Position numbers and translations under genes: made by a program | The notes under the pieces: model-generated | What the model was told of the DNA's origin: nothing | Databases searched by the model: none | The model's input: only the letters and a program-made list of their open reading frames with translations | In this document: positions 37,642-50,416 of the stretch, one piece after another | Layout of the letters: every line of letters begins with the position of its first letter | How positions within the stretch are numbered: the stretch's first letter is position 1 | Source of the DNA: Pirellulales bacterium | GTDB taxonomy: Bacteria; Planctomycetota; Planctomycetia; Pirellulales; PALSA-1355 | Reading direction: 5' to 3' | Assembly: GCA_963733035.1 (NCBI GenBank) | Contig: CAVTBU010000005.1 | Location: forward strand, 1,472,001-1,536,000 | Length of the DNA: 64,000 bases

Positions 37642-40600
37642 CTACCGCTCGCTGGCCTTGCCAGAGGGTCCGCTGGGGCGTGGTGGCGCAAGCCGTGGCG
37701 AGGCAAATTGGTCGATCTGGTCGGACAAGTCAACGATGGCGGCATCAACTGCGGCCGGTTTCTGAGTTGAAATCACCGTGTCCGGCTCGCTTGTCATCGG
37801 TGCTGCTGCGGCTGATTGAAGTTCGAGGAGCGCGGTGGCGTGGAGCGATTGAACTGTTGTGTCGGGAGAATTGAGCGGCGCGGCAGATAGATCAGAAGTG
37901 TCGATACTCATCGTACTGGCCGTCAGTGCGCTGACGATCAGGTTGCCTTGGAAAAGCTCAGCGACTTCATTAGGTTGCAAAGCCCGATTGGCGATGAGCA
38001 CGTCGTCAACGCGTCCTTGCATCGAGCGTCCGCCGTCTTCCTCCGCGCCGATGGACAGCCCGAGGTCATTTGTGCCGATCGTAAAATTGGCCGCCTTGGA
38101 CGCTTCCAGCTGACCGTTGATGTACATGCGAATCGTGGTCCCGTCATACGTCGCCACAACGTGCATCCAGGTCGTGCCGTTCGTCGGGTACTTGGACGTC
38201 GAATCCACGCGAAACGCATTGCCTGCACTGTCTTGATTGAAGCGAACGAACACGGTGCCTGAATTGCTCAGCGCTAGTTCATAGCCGTCTACGCTTTGAG
38301 TGATTGATTTGGTCACGAGCGATTGCGTAGCCTGTGCCTCGGGCGAAATCCAGGCCGCAATCGTGATGCTGCCGGTGATATCCAGGCTAGCCGCGTCCGG
38401 GACCACCACGTGCGGGTGGACCGTTCCTATGGGTTGCGGCAACGCCACCGAACCGGCCAGCACCAGTCCCGTACCATTCTGACCGGCACCAAAAGCGGCG
38501 CCGTCTTGCAGGCTGCCGTCATTGCCGCTGCCGGAAGAATCATGGACCGTCGAACCGGATCCCTCGTTGAACTGCCAGAATCCCACGAGGCCGGTGGAAG
38601 TACTGGCTGGCGATACGGTGACGGTTACGTCGTCGCTGGCGCTGAGTTCGCCGTCCGAGGCGGTCAGCCGCAATACGTACACACCCTCGGCACTGAACGT
38701 CGCCGAGGTGGATGGGGCCGCGGCGTTGCCAAAGCTGACGCTGCCTGGCCCGCTAACCGTGCTCCACTGGGTAATTAAGTTGGACGGGCTGGGCAGCCCG
38801 TCGTCCGACACCGAACCGCCTAGCGCGATGGCCACGCCCGCCTGTCCGCTAACATCCGAGCCTGCACTCACCGTGGGCGGCTGGTTGGCCGGAGCCGCGG
38901 GATTGAAATTGCCCACGTACACCTGCGCGATCTCAGTCGCCGAGAGCGCCCGGTCCGTGATCAGCACTTCATCCAGTTGGCCCTGCATCGAGGTGGTGCC
39001 ACCATTGCCGGAGCCGAAAGTGAGCGCCAGGTTGTTCGTGCCAATCGCAAATGTGGCTGCCTTGCTGGCCTGCTGCTGGCCATTGATGTACAGCCGAATG
39101 GTCGAGCCATCGTAGGTGGCGGCCACGTGCAGCCAGGTGTTGCCGTTGGTCGGATAGCTTGACGTCGAATCAACGCGATACGTGTCACCTGAACTGGCCT
39201 GGTTGAAACGTACGAACACCGTGCCGCTGTTGCTCAGGCCCAGTTCAAAGCCATCGGTCGCGTTGCTGGCTGCTTTGCTGACGATGGTTTGCGTTCCATT
39301 GGCGCTGGGTTTGATCCATGCCGTGATCGTGATCGCATCGGCGATCTGCAATTGGGGAACGTCTGGCACGACGTAGCTCTGTCCGGAGCCGTTGAGGTTG
39401 AGCCGGCCGTTACTGCTGACCGTGGCACCCCCTTGCAAGCTGCCCAGGTTGCCGATCTGGCTGGGGTACGCCGCCCCGAAGCCCGGCAAAAAGTTCCAGA
39501 ATCCCACGAGGCCAGTGGACTCGCTGGTTGGCGATACGGTGACGGTTACGTCGTCGCTGGCGCTGAGTTCGCCGTCCGAGGCGGTCAGCCGCAATACGTA
39601 CACACCCTCGGCACTGAACGTCGCCGAGGTGGATGGGGCCGCGGCGTTGCCAAAGCTGACGCTGCCTGGCCCGCTAACCGTGCTCCACTGGGTAATTAAG
39701 TTGGACGGGCTGGGCAGCCCGTCGTCCGACACCGAACCGCCTAGCGCGATGGCCACGCCCGCCTGTCCGCTAACATCCGAGCCTGCACTCACCGTGGGCG
39801 GCTGGTTGGCCGGAGCCGCGGGATTGAAATTGCCCACGTACACCTGCGCGATCTCGGTCGCCGAGAGCGCCCGGTCCGTGATCAGCACTTCATCCAGTTG
39901 GCCCTGCATCGAGGTGGTGCCACCATTGCCGGAGCCGAAAGTGAGCGCCAGGTTGTTCGTGCCAATCGCAAATGTGGCTGCCTTGCTGGCCTGCTGCTGG
40001 CCATTGATGTACAGCCGAATGGTCGAGCCATCGTAGGTGGCGGCCACGTGCAGCCAGGTGTTGCCGTTGGTCGGATAGCTTGACGTCGAATCAACGCGAT
40101 ACGTGTCACCTGAACTGGCCTGGTTGAAACGCACGAACACCGTGCCGCTGTTGCTCAGGCCCAGTTCAAAGCCATCGGTCGCGTTGCTGGCTGCTTTGCT
40201 GACGATGGTTTGCGTTCCATTGGCGCTGGGTTTGATCCATGCCGTGATCGTGATCGCATCGGCGATCTGCAATTGGGGAACGTCTGGCACGACGTAGCTC
40301 TGTCCGGAGCCGTTGAGGTTGAGCCGGCCGTTACTGCTGACCGTGGCACCCCCTTGCAAGCTGCCCAGGTTGCCGATCTGGCTGGGGTACGCCGCCCCGA
40401 AGCCCGGCAAAAAGTTCCAGAATCCCACGAGGCCAGTGGACTCGCTGGTTGGCGATACGGTGACGGTTACGTCGTCGCTGGCGCTGAGTTCGCCGTCCGA
40501 GGCGGTCAGCCGCAATACGTACACACCCTCGGCACTGAACGTCGCCGAGGTGGATGGGGCCGCGGCGTTGCCAAAGCTGACGCTGCCTGGCCCGCTAACC

Positions 40601-43600
40601 GTGCTCCACTGGGTAATTAAGTTGGACGGGCTGGGCAGCCCGTCGTCCGACACCGAACCGCCTAGCGCGATGGCCACGCCCGCCTGTCCGCTAACATCCG
40701 AGCCTGCACTCACCGTGGGCGGCTGGTTGGTAGCGATTCCCGGTGGGAAATCTCCCGCGTAAAGGGCAGTCACTTCGCTGGGATCGAGTGCCCGATTGGC
40801 AATCAGGACGTCGTCAATCCGGCCCCGCATGCCACGGCTGCCGGTGGGATCGGCTCCGATTCCCAACCCGAGGTTATTGGCATTGATCGTGAACACGGCC
40901 GCCTTTGACGCTTCCAGTTGGCCGTTGATGTACATGCGAATCGTGGTGCCGTCGTACGTGGCCACGACGTGCATCCAGGTGGTGCCATTGGTCGGATAAG
41001 TAGAATTCGAATCCAAGCGGAATGAATTGCCCGAGCTGGCCTGGTTGAAGCGTACGAATACCGTTCCCGAGTTACTCAGCGACAACTCATAACCGTTCAC
41101 GTTTCCGGTCGACTTTTGCACCACCGATTGGGTTCCGGTCGTGTAGGGCGCGATCCAGGCGGCGATGGTGATGTTTTGAGTAACATTGAGACTTGATGAG
41201 TTGGGCACCAAAGTCGACTGACTTGCGGTTCCCATAATCAGGCCATTGCCGTTTTGTCCGGCACCGAAAGAGGCCCCTTGTTGCAGGGTGCCGTCATTGC
41301 CTTTGCCGGACGAATCATGGGCCGTTGAACCCGAAGCTTCGTTAAAATGCCAGAATCCCATGATGCCACTGGACGCCAGCACGGCATTGATAGTGATCGT
41401 ATTGGGGCTTGGGTCGAGGTTCACTCCGCCATTGGCGGACCCGCCGTCGTCTTGAACCTGAAATGTAAAGCTGGCATAGTTCGACCCCTGCGCGTCGGCC
41501 GCCGGCGTAAACTGCAACTTGCCCGCCGCAATATCAGCCGCGGAGACGAACTGCCCGATAGAGACGGCCGCGCCGTTGTATGTCAGGGCACCCGCGCCCG
41601 GCAGACTGGCAATTCGCACCGCTTGCAATGCGTTGGCCGGGGAATCACCAGGATCGCTGAAACCAAAATCGACAACCTTCAAAGTGTACGCGACCCCGCT
41701 GATCGTCGTGATCGTGTTGTCGCTGCCGGACGGTGCGTCGTTCACCGCAGTCACATTGACGGTAATGGTGTTCGGCGTCGGATCGAGGTCGCTGCCACCG
41801 TTGGCCGTGCCGCCGTTATCCTGCACTTGAAAGGTGAGGCTCGTGTAACTCGAACCGTTGGCATTGGCTGCGGGAGCAAACTTGAGCTTGCCGGCTGTGA
41901 TGTCGGCCACCGCAATGAACTGCCCTGCAGAGACTGCCACACCGTTGTCACTCAGCGACCCAGCCGCGGGCAGCGTGGTGATCTTCACCGCCACCAGACT
42001 GCCCGCTGGCGAGTCATTGGGGTCGCTGAAGCCGAAGTCGGCTGCGGAGAATGTATACGCCGTGTCCTCCAGCGTGGTGATGATCTTGTTCGTCCCAGAC
42101 GGCGGATCGTTTACCGCCGTGACGTTGACGGTGATGGTGTTCGGCGTCGGATCGAGGTCAGTACCCCCGTTGGCCGTGCCGCCGTTGTCCTGCACCTGGA
42201 ACGTGAAGCTCGTGTAACTCGAACCATTGGCGTTGGCTGCCGGAGCAAACTTGAGCTTGCCGGCCGTGATGTCGGTTGCGCTGATGAATTGTCCTGCCGT
42301 AACCGCCGCACCACCATTGGTGAGCGAACCGGCCGCGGGTAGGCTCGAGATTTTGACCGCCAAGAGTGCATTGGCCGGCGAGTCATTAGGATCGCTGACG
42401 CCGAAGTCGGCCGCCGAGAACGTGTAGCCCGTGTCCTCCAGCGTGGTGATGGTCTTGTTTGTGCCAGACGGCGGATCGTTTACTGCCGTGACGTTGACGG
42501 TGATCGTGTTCGGCGTGGGATCGAGATCCACGCCGCCATTGGCCGTGCCACCGTTATCCTGCACCTGGAACGTGAAGCTCGTGTAACTCGTCCCGTTGGC
42601 GTTGGCTGCCGGAGCAAACTTGAGCTTGCCGGCCGTGATGTCCGTCGCGCTGATGAATTGTCCAGTGGTGACCGCCACGCCATTGTTGCTGAGCGCCCGG
42701 AAATGGGCAGCGTCGTGATCTTTACCACAAATAGGCTATTGGCTGGAGAATCAATCGCGTCACTGAAGCCAAAGTCAGCCGCAGAAAATGTGTAGGTCGT
42801 GTCTTCCAGCGTGGTGATGATCTTGTTTGCGCCAGACGGCGGATCGTTTACTGCCGTGACGTTGACGGTGATCGTGTTCGGCGTGGGATCGAGATCGATG
42901 CCACCATTGGCTGTGCCGCCGTTATCCTGCACCTGGAACGTGAAGCTGGCGTAGCTCGTGCCACTAGCGTTAGTGGCTGGGGCAAAGACAAGCTTCCCGG
43001 CCGTGATGTCTGTCACGCTGATGAATTGACCAATGGTGACCGCCAAACCGTTGTCCGCCAAGGTGCCCGCGCCGGGAAGGCTGGCAATACGCACTGCCTG
43101 TAACGTGTTCGCGGGAGAGTCGTTTGAATCGCTGAAGCCAAAATCGGCTGTCGAGAACGTGTAGGCCGTGTCTTCTAGCGTGGTGATCGTCTTGTCGCTT
43201 CCGGATGGCGAATCGTTGACCGAGGTGACGTTGATGGTGATCGTATTCGGGGTGGGATCGAGATCGACGCCGCCATTGAGCGTGCCGCCATTGTCCTGCA
43301 CTTGGAACATGAAGCTCGTATAGTTCGTACCGCTGGCATTGGCTGCGGGAGTGAATTTCAGCTTGCCCGTGGTGATATCGGCGAGGGCAATGAACTGGCC
43401 GACGGTGACGGCGACGCCGTTATCGGTCAGTGCGCCGGCAGTGGGGAGCGTTGCGATCTTAACGGCGAACAGACTATTAGCCGGGGAGTCGCTGGGATCG
43501 CTAAAACCGAAGTCGGCTGCGGAGAACGTGTAAGCCGTATCCTCCATCGCGGTGATGGTCTTGTCGCCACCAGACGGCGGGTCGTTCACCGCCGTGACGT

Positions 43601-46600
43601 TGACCGTGATCGTATTCGGCGTGGGATCGAGATCGACGCCGCCGTTGGCAGTGCCGCCGTTATCCTGCACCTGGAACGTGAAGCTGGTGTAACTCGTCCC
43701 GTTGGCGTTGGCAGCGGGAGTGAACTTCAGCTTGCCGGCCGTGATGTCGGCCACAGCGATGAATTGCCCGGCGGTGACTGCCACGCCGTTGTCGGTAAGC
43801 GCCCGGCAGTCGGGAGCGTCGTGATCTTCACCGCCAGCAGGCTGTTCGCGGGCGAGTCGTTGGGATCGCTGAAGCCGAAGTCGGCCACGGAGAACGTGTA
43901 GGCCGTGTCTTCCAGCGTGGTGATCGTCTTGTCGGTTCCGGACGGCGCGATCGTTCACCGCCGTGACGTTGACGGTGATCGTGTTGGGTGTGGGATCGAG
44001 ATCGACGCCGCCATTGGCCGTGCCGCCGTTATCCTGCACCTGGAACGTGAAGCTGGCATAGCCTCCGCCGCTGGCGTTGGCGGCGGGCGTGAAGTCAAGC
44101 TTGCCGGCGGTGATGTCGGCCACGGTGATGAATTGGCCGGCGGTGACGCCAACCCGTTATCGGTCAGCGCGCCGGCCGCGGGGAGCGTCGTGATCTTAAC
44201 CGCGAACAGGCTATTGGCCGGGGAGTCATTGGGATCGCTGAAACCGAAGTCGGCCGCGGAAAACGTGTAAGCCGTATCTTCCAACGTGGTGATGGTCTTG
44301 TCGCCACCAACCGGCGGGTCGTTCACCGCCGTGACGTTGACCGTGATCGTATTGGGTGTGGGATCGAGATCCACGCCGCCGTTGGCAGTCCACCGTTATC
44401 CTGCACCTGGAACGTGAAGCTCGTGTAACTCGTCCCGTTGGCGTTCGTAGCGGGAGTGAATTTCAGCTTCCCGGACGTGATGTCTGCCAGAACGACGAAT
44501 TGTCCAGCAGTGACTGCCACGCCATTGTCGGTCAAGCTGCCCGCGCCGGGGAGGCTGGCGATACGCACCGCCTGCAATGTGTTCGCGGGGGAATCATTGG
44601 AATCGTTGAAGCCAAAATCGGCCGTCGAGAACGTGTAGGCCGTGTCCTCGAGCGTGGTGATCGTCTTGTCGGTTCCGGACGGCGCATCGTTGACCGAGGT
44701 GACGTTGATGGTGATCGTGTTCGGGGTGGGGTCGAGATCCACGCCGCCGTTGGCCGTGCCGCCGTCGTCCTGCACCTGGAACATGAAGCTGGAATAGCTC
44801 GCGCCGTTGGCGTTCGGGACGGGAGTGAACTTGAGTTTGCCGGCGGTGATGTCGGCCACGCTGATGAATTGGCCGACGGTCACGGCGACCCCATTGTCGC
44901 TGAGCGTTCCAGCCGCTGGGAGCGTCGAAATCATGACCGCCATCAGCGAGTTGGCTGGCGAGTCATTGGGATCACTAAAACCGAAGTCGGCCGCGGAAAA
45001 CGTGTAGGCCGTGTCTTCCAAAGTGGTAATGGTCTTATCCGCGCCCGCCGGGGCATGGTTGAAACCCGTCACGTTGAACGTGATCGTATTGGGGGTTGGA
45101 TCAAGATCGACGCCGCCGTTCGCTGTGCCACCGTTGTCCTGTACCTGGAATGTGAAACTGGCGTAGCCAGCGCCGGTAGCGCCGGCGGCCGGGGTGAACT
45201 TGAGCTTGCCGGCCGTGATGTCGGTCACCGTGATGAACTGCCCGGCGGTGATCGCTACGCCATTGTCAGTCAGCACCCCGGCAATCGGGAGCGTCATGAT
45301 TTTAACCGCCAACAAACTGTTGGTTGGTGAGTCATTGGGGTCGCCGAAACCGAAGTCAGCCGCCGCGAACGTGTAGACCGTGTCTTGCAGTGTGCTTACC
45401 GTCTTGCTCGTGCCAACGGGCGGGTCGTTGACGGCGGTGACGTTGAACGTGATCGTATTGGGTGTGGGATCACGAAAGGCTATTGGCGGGGAAATCGTTG
45501 GCGTCACTGAAGCCAAAGTCGGCCGCGGAGAACGTGAAGGCCGTGTCTTCCAAGGTGGCGATGGTCTTGTCCGTGCCGGACGGCGAATCGTTGACCGAGG
45601 TGATGTTGATCGTGATCGTGTTGGGGTGGGTCGAGATCGACGCCGCCGTTGGCCGTCCCACCGTCGTCCTGCACCTGGAACGTGAAGCTGGCGTAACCTC
45701 CACCGTTGGCATTGGCGGCGGGCGTGAACTTGAGCTTGCCGCTCGTGATGTCAGCCACCGAGATGAACTGCCCGGCGGTGACTGCTACGCCATTATCGGT
45801 CAGTGCCCCGGCCGCGGGCAGCGTCGTGATCTTTACTGCAAACAGACTGTTGGCAGGGGAGTCGCTCGGGTCGCTAAAGCCGAAGTCAGCTGCGGAGAAA
45901 GTGTAGGCCGTATCTTCCAGCGTGGTGATGGTCCTATCCGCGCCGGCCGGCGAATCATTGACCGCAGTGACGTTGATCGTGATCGTTTTAGGAGTTGGAT
46001 CAAGATCGATGCCACCGTCGACCGTACCGCCGTTATCCTGCACTTGGAACGTGAAGCTCGTGTAGCTCGTGCCACTGGCGTTAGTGGCGGGTGTAAACAC
46101 AAGCTTCCCGGCAGTAATGTCTGTTACGCTGATGAATTGTCCGGCAGCGACGGCTGTGCCGTTGTCGCTGAGCGTCCCAGTCCCCGGTAGACTCGAAATC
46201 TTGACGGCCAACAAACCGTTGGCTGGCGAGTCATTGGAATCGCTGAAGCCGAAGTCCGCCGCGGAGAATGTGTAGGCCGTGTCTTCCAAACGTGGCGATG
46301 GTCTTGTTCGTTCCGGATGGCGGATCATTGACCGCGGTAACGTTGATATTGACGATTGCGGAATTGGAGTTGGCGGAGTTATCGTTTGCCTGGTAGGAGA
46401 AGGAGTCGGGTCCGGAGTAGTTGGAGTTGGGGGTGTAGGTGAAGGAGCCGTCGGAGCCGAAGGTGAGCGAGCCGTGGGCCGGTCCGCTGACGAGCGCGGC
46501 GGTCAGCAGGTCGCCATCGGCGTCGGTGTCGTTGGCCAGCACGCCGGGGGCGGCCACCGTGAGCGGCGTGTCCTCGCTGGTCGAGTAGCTGTCGCCAGTG

Positions 46601-48600
46601 GCCACCGGCGGCGTATTTCCGCTGGCGGGCGTGAGCTGGAAGGAGACCTCCGGATCGCCGAACAGCGTAATCGTGAAGTTCAGCCAGCGGTAGGTGCCCA
46701 CCGTGCCGACACGTATCAGGTTATGTTGCTTCGAGTACTCTTCCGCCTCTCCCAAGTGCAGGTAACCCAGGTTAAAAATCGCATTCCAAAAATCCTTGGC
46801 GTAGTAGTGGCTGTACCCGGGACTGGTTCCTGACACATACCAACCCTCCCGGGTATTGGCCACCATGGCAAACGCGCCATATTGCGACACTACCTGGGCT
46901 TCGGCCACGCTCAAGTCGGTCAGATCGAATCCCCCCGCATCGCAGCCCTGCGAGTACATCAGGTAGGGGAACGCGTTGGTCAACGCCTGCACGTCGGCCG
47001 GGGTCAGCTTGGAATCAATCGTGGTACCCGAGTGCCCCAAGGATTCCACGATCGCCGGACTGCTGTTCAGGTAGCTGATCAGCTGGCTGGCCGTCCAGGT
47101 AGACGAAGACGTGTCATAGAGCTCCAGCAGCGATGCCTGCCAGTTGGCCGGCAGCACGGTGTCGCGAATGTTCATGCCCGAATAACTGCCATAGGTCGTG
47201 GAGTCGATGATGCCTCCCAGGAACAGTCCCTCGGTCGGATTGGGAGGGGGCGTGGTCTCATAGAGCAGGGTCTTGGCCACGAAGTTGGCGGCTTCCGTGG
47301 CGTTGCTGGCCGGCGCGCGTCCCACATAGACATCGGCCGTCAGGTCGATATCACCTCCTCCCACGCCATCGGTGGACTCACCCCACAAACTGTTCCCGTT
47401 GCCGTTCCAGGTGCCATCCAGGCAGCCATAATACATGTCGGTGGCCAGCGCCGTTTCGGACAGCGACCCGGCAGTGGCGTAAACTCCGCGGACCGGCACC
47501 ACTTCCGAGTCCCCGCCCAGTAGCACCCACTCGGTGTTGTGGTTGAGGTACATGTCGCGAATGAAGTCGCGGATCTTGTCGGGGTTGTCGTGGGTCTCGC
47601 TGCCGCTGTAATTGGCGTAGATGTAATCGGTCGTGAAGATGGCGCCGGTCAGCCCCCGGGACAGCTTCTCGTTCAGCAGCGGCTGGAAGCTGCTGGCCAG
47701 GCTGCTGCTGGTGATGATCACGTACTGGTAGTCGGGTGTTCCGGCCAGCGGAGAGGCGATCTGTTGGCTGGCTTGCGCCGACGCCACCGCATCGTAGCTG
47801 GCCAGCGCTTGGGGGTTGTCCACCAGGGCCGCCACACGGGCTCGGTCGTCCGCGTTGTTGCGGACTTGCAGGGCGCTGCCGGCGGGCCGCTGCTCGAGAT
47901 GCAGCGTGACCATGAGATCCTGGTGGTACGTCAGGCTGCCACTGCTGGCCTGGTACTCCACGGGGAACACCTCGAGCATGCCCAGGCTGTAGCCGTTCTG
48001 GACGCTGTTGGTGAATTCCACCGGACCCTGGGCGGGAAAGTCGCTCCCGCTGTAGACCGTCGTGGCCGCCGGATCGCTGGCGTCCTCCGGCGGCGAGGCC
48101 GCCAGCAGTACGTTCTGGGCCAGCAGGGTTCCAGCGTCCCCGTAGCTCACGCTCACCGAGGAAATCTCCAGCCCCGGAGGCAACAGCACCGTCGAGCTGC
48201 GCATCGGTAACAACGGCATCCCAGGAGATGTCAGCGACTCCTCGCCAGACAAGGATACCACCACCCCCAAGCCCTGTTGAGTAACCTGCGGCAGACCGTC
48301 AAAGTGAAATTGAAAGACCGAGGTTTGGTCGGTCAGCGCTGCCAGAGTGCTGCTCAAAAGCAGCCGCGCACTGGGTGAAAGGTCACCGTATAGAGCCGGA
48401 CTCTCGTCCAAAACCTGACTGCTCAACGGCTGTGAGATCGATAACAGCTCACGCCGCTCTAGGGACTCAAAACGAAGGCGACGAGACCGCAGCGCTCGGC
48501 TAAGGATGCCAGCATGGCCGACAGCAGTTGTCCTGGGATCGCTGGCCCGCGACAACTGACCGCGTGGGCCGTCGATCCATCGCCCAAATGACGGGAACAT
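37642..48600 (-). CDS. Giant surface protein A (~3600 aa, ~8 frameshifts): Planc_extracel leader, C25 propeptide + gingipain-like peptidase, Ig-like domain, 13+1 cadherin-like 123-aa repeats, 4 LamG and 3 PKD-like domains
   Basis: ORFs 46231-48789, 45504-46328, 44323-45516, 43955-44374, 42480-44123 and 37642-42678 tile one continuous repeat protein. Motifs: [37 protein letters not shown] and LFGDP (C25); [10 protein letters not shown]...YINGQ (LamG). Confidence 0.85.
37895..42129. repeat. 4235-bp near-identical direct repeat, copy 1 (partner 58828-63062)
   Basis: Constant offset of 20933 bp across the ORF track and the sequence; few SNPs. Confidence 0.95.
38573..40729. repeat. Internal 921-bp tandem repeat (PKD-like + LamG), ~2.3 copies; mirrored at ~59506-61662
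   Basis: Identical shadow ORFs at 921-bp offset, e.g. 38961 and 39882. Confidence 0.92.
41390..46335 (-). repeat. Tandem array of 369-bp (123-aa) cadherin-like repeats, 13 full units plus one truncated unit
   Basis: Repeated NDx[25 protein letters not shown]...[25 protein letters not shown] with 369-bp spacing; a short unit at ~45425-45590. Confidence 0.92.
46343..48277. repeat. 1935-bp inverted repeat, copy 1 (C25 peptidase module; partner 53087-55021)
   Basis: Reverse complement of 53087-55021; both ends give coordinate sum 101364; a few substitutions seen near the ends. Confidence 0.95.
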
Positions 48601-49220
48601 GACAGATTCCTCGCAAAAACGACCCCCATTGAAAAGAAGGCTGCGAGTCCCGCTACATCTGCTGTTGCGCCAAGTCAGCGAATGATGCGGTGAAGAGAAT
48701 TGCGGGCTCGGAACTGGAAAGTCGCCCGGGTCCGGTTGCATCCGACGCATGAGCGATGCGTCTGTCCCTCGGATGTCTCCTCTAAGCAAAGCCTACGTCG
48801 AATATATCGATTCGGCGTGCGAGGTGTGTGGTTCATCGCGTGAGTGGCGCTGATTTTCAACAGTAGGTGGTACGGACATATTGATTGGGGAAAGATTAAC
48901 GCGTCTTTTTTTGTGGGTGCAGCCGAAGCGGAGAAGCGGCTGAAAGATAAGAGGTACGTTCGGGTGATGAACTAGAATCGCGCGAAGATCCAGAGTCGTG
49001 AGTTCGAGGGGGATGGTCGTGCTCGCGCCTACGCGGTCGTCTGATTGAATACGGTCCGCACGCGTTCAATACCCGCAAGGCCAATCACTTCTCTCACAGA
49101 CAGTCTCAGATGTCTAACAAAACCACTCGGCGTTTCGTTTCACCGACGTGGCCTGCTCCCCGAAAACTGGTCCATGTGGTATGAGAGATCCTAACGCCCT
49201 GTTGGGCAAGGAGACTCTCG

Positions 49221-49499
49221 ATGAAAGGCAAGAAGCACAAGCCGGAGCAGATTATTCGGAAGCTGCGTGAAGCGGACGCGATGCTGTCGGCGGACAAGAC
49301 GATTGGCCAGGTGTGCCAGGCTCTGGAGATCAGCGAGCAGACGTACCATCGGTGGCGGAACCAGTACGGCGGGATGAAGGCCGAGGAGGCCAAGCGGCTG
49401 AAGGAGCTGGAAGGCGAGAACAAGCGGCTGAAGAAGCTGCTGGCCGAGGCCGAGCTCGACAAGGCGATCTTGAAGGAAGCCTTGGAGGGAAACTACTGA
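49221..49499 (+). CDS. IS3 transposase OrfA (HTH)
   Basis: RBS AAGGAG; HKPEQIIRKLREAD...YHRWRNQYGG...LDKAILKE; ends at slippery GGGAAAC. Confidence 0.95.
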   Translation: MKGKKHKPEQIIRKLREADAMLSADKTIGQVCQALEISEQTYHRWRNQYGGMKAEEAKRLKELEGENKRLKKLLAEAELDKAILKEALEGNY

Positions 49500-50416
49500 G
49501 CCCGACGCGGCGGCGGGCGGCGGTTCGCCATGTTCAGGATCGCTGCCGTGTATCCGAGCGTCGGGCGTGCAGAGCATTGGGCGTGGCACGAAGCACACAA
49601 CGTTATTGTGCGCGGCAAGACACTGCCGGCGAGCAGCGTCTGGTGGCGTGCATGCACGAGCTGGTGTGTGAGTATCCGCGTTACGGTTACCGCTTCATCT
49701 GGGCCAAGCTGCGTCAGCGAGGATGGCACGTGAACGTGAAGAAGATCTATCGCTTGTGGCGACGCGAGGGCTTCAAGGTGCCGAGAAAGACCCATAAAAA
49801 GCGGCGTTTGGGCCACAGCGGCAACAGTTGCGTGCGGCGCCGCGCGGAGCATCCGGATCACGTGTGGACGTGGGACTTCATCCACGATCGGACGATGACA
49901 GGACAACCGTTGAAGTGGCTTGCGATCACCGACGAATACACACGCGAGTGCTTGGCCTTGGAGGTCGATCGTGGCATTACGGCTGATCGCGTGGTCGACG
50001 TGCTGACGAGTCTGTTCCTGATGCGTGGGGTGCCGCGGCACATCCGCAGCGATAACGGTCCGGAGTTCATTGCCCAGGCGATCCGTCGTCACGGCGAACG
50101 AGCAGGATTGGAGATGCTGTATATCGAACCAGCCAGTCCCTGGGAGAACGGCTACGCCGAGTCGTTCTTCAGCCGGCTGCGCGATGAACTGTTGAACTGC
50201 GAGGAGTTCGCCAACCTAGCTGAAGCGCGATGGTTCGCGCGGCGGCGATTGCAGGAGCACAACCACGAGCGGCCGCACAGCAGTCTCGGCTACCAGACCC
50301 CGGCGTCGTTCGCCGCCGCGTGTGCTGCTTCCGCTGCGGCTGCGCCTCCGCTCCAGCAGCACACGCGAAAACAAGAAGAAGTCACGTTACCCGTTCCCCA
50401 ACCGATACTCTCATAG
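49493..50416 (+). CDS. IS3 transposase OrfB (DDE), -1 frame relative to OrfA
   Basis: YGYRFI, WTWDF, SDNGPEF, SPWENGYAESF and RPHSSLGYQTP motifs. Confidence 0.95.
   Translation, partial: LLSPTRRRAAVRHVQDRCRVSERRACRALGVARSTQRYCARQDTAGEQRLVACMHELVCEYPRYGYRFIWAKLRQRGWHVNVKKIYRLWRREGFKVPRKTHKKRRLGHSGNSCVRRRAEHPDHVWTWDFIHDRTMTGQPLKWLAITDEYTRECLALEVDRGITADRVVDVLTSLFLMRGVPRHIRSDNGPEFIAQAIRRHGERAGLEMLYIEPASPWENGYAESFFSRLRDELLNCEEFANLAEARWFARRRLQEHNHERPHSSLGYQTPASFAAACAASAAAAPPLQQHTRKQEEVTLPVPQPILS

Noticed and set aside
41390..46335. CRISPR array
   Set aside because: Units are 369-bp protein-coding repeats without unique spacers, and no cas genes are present.
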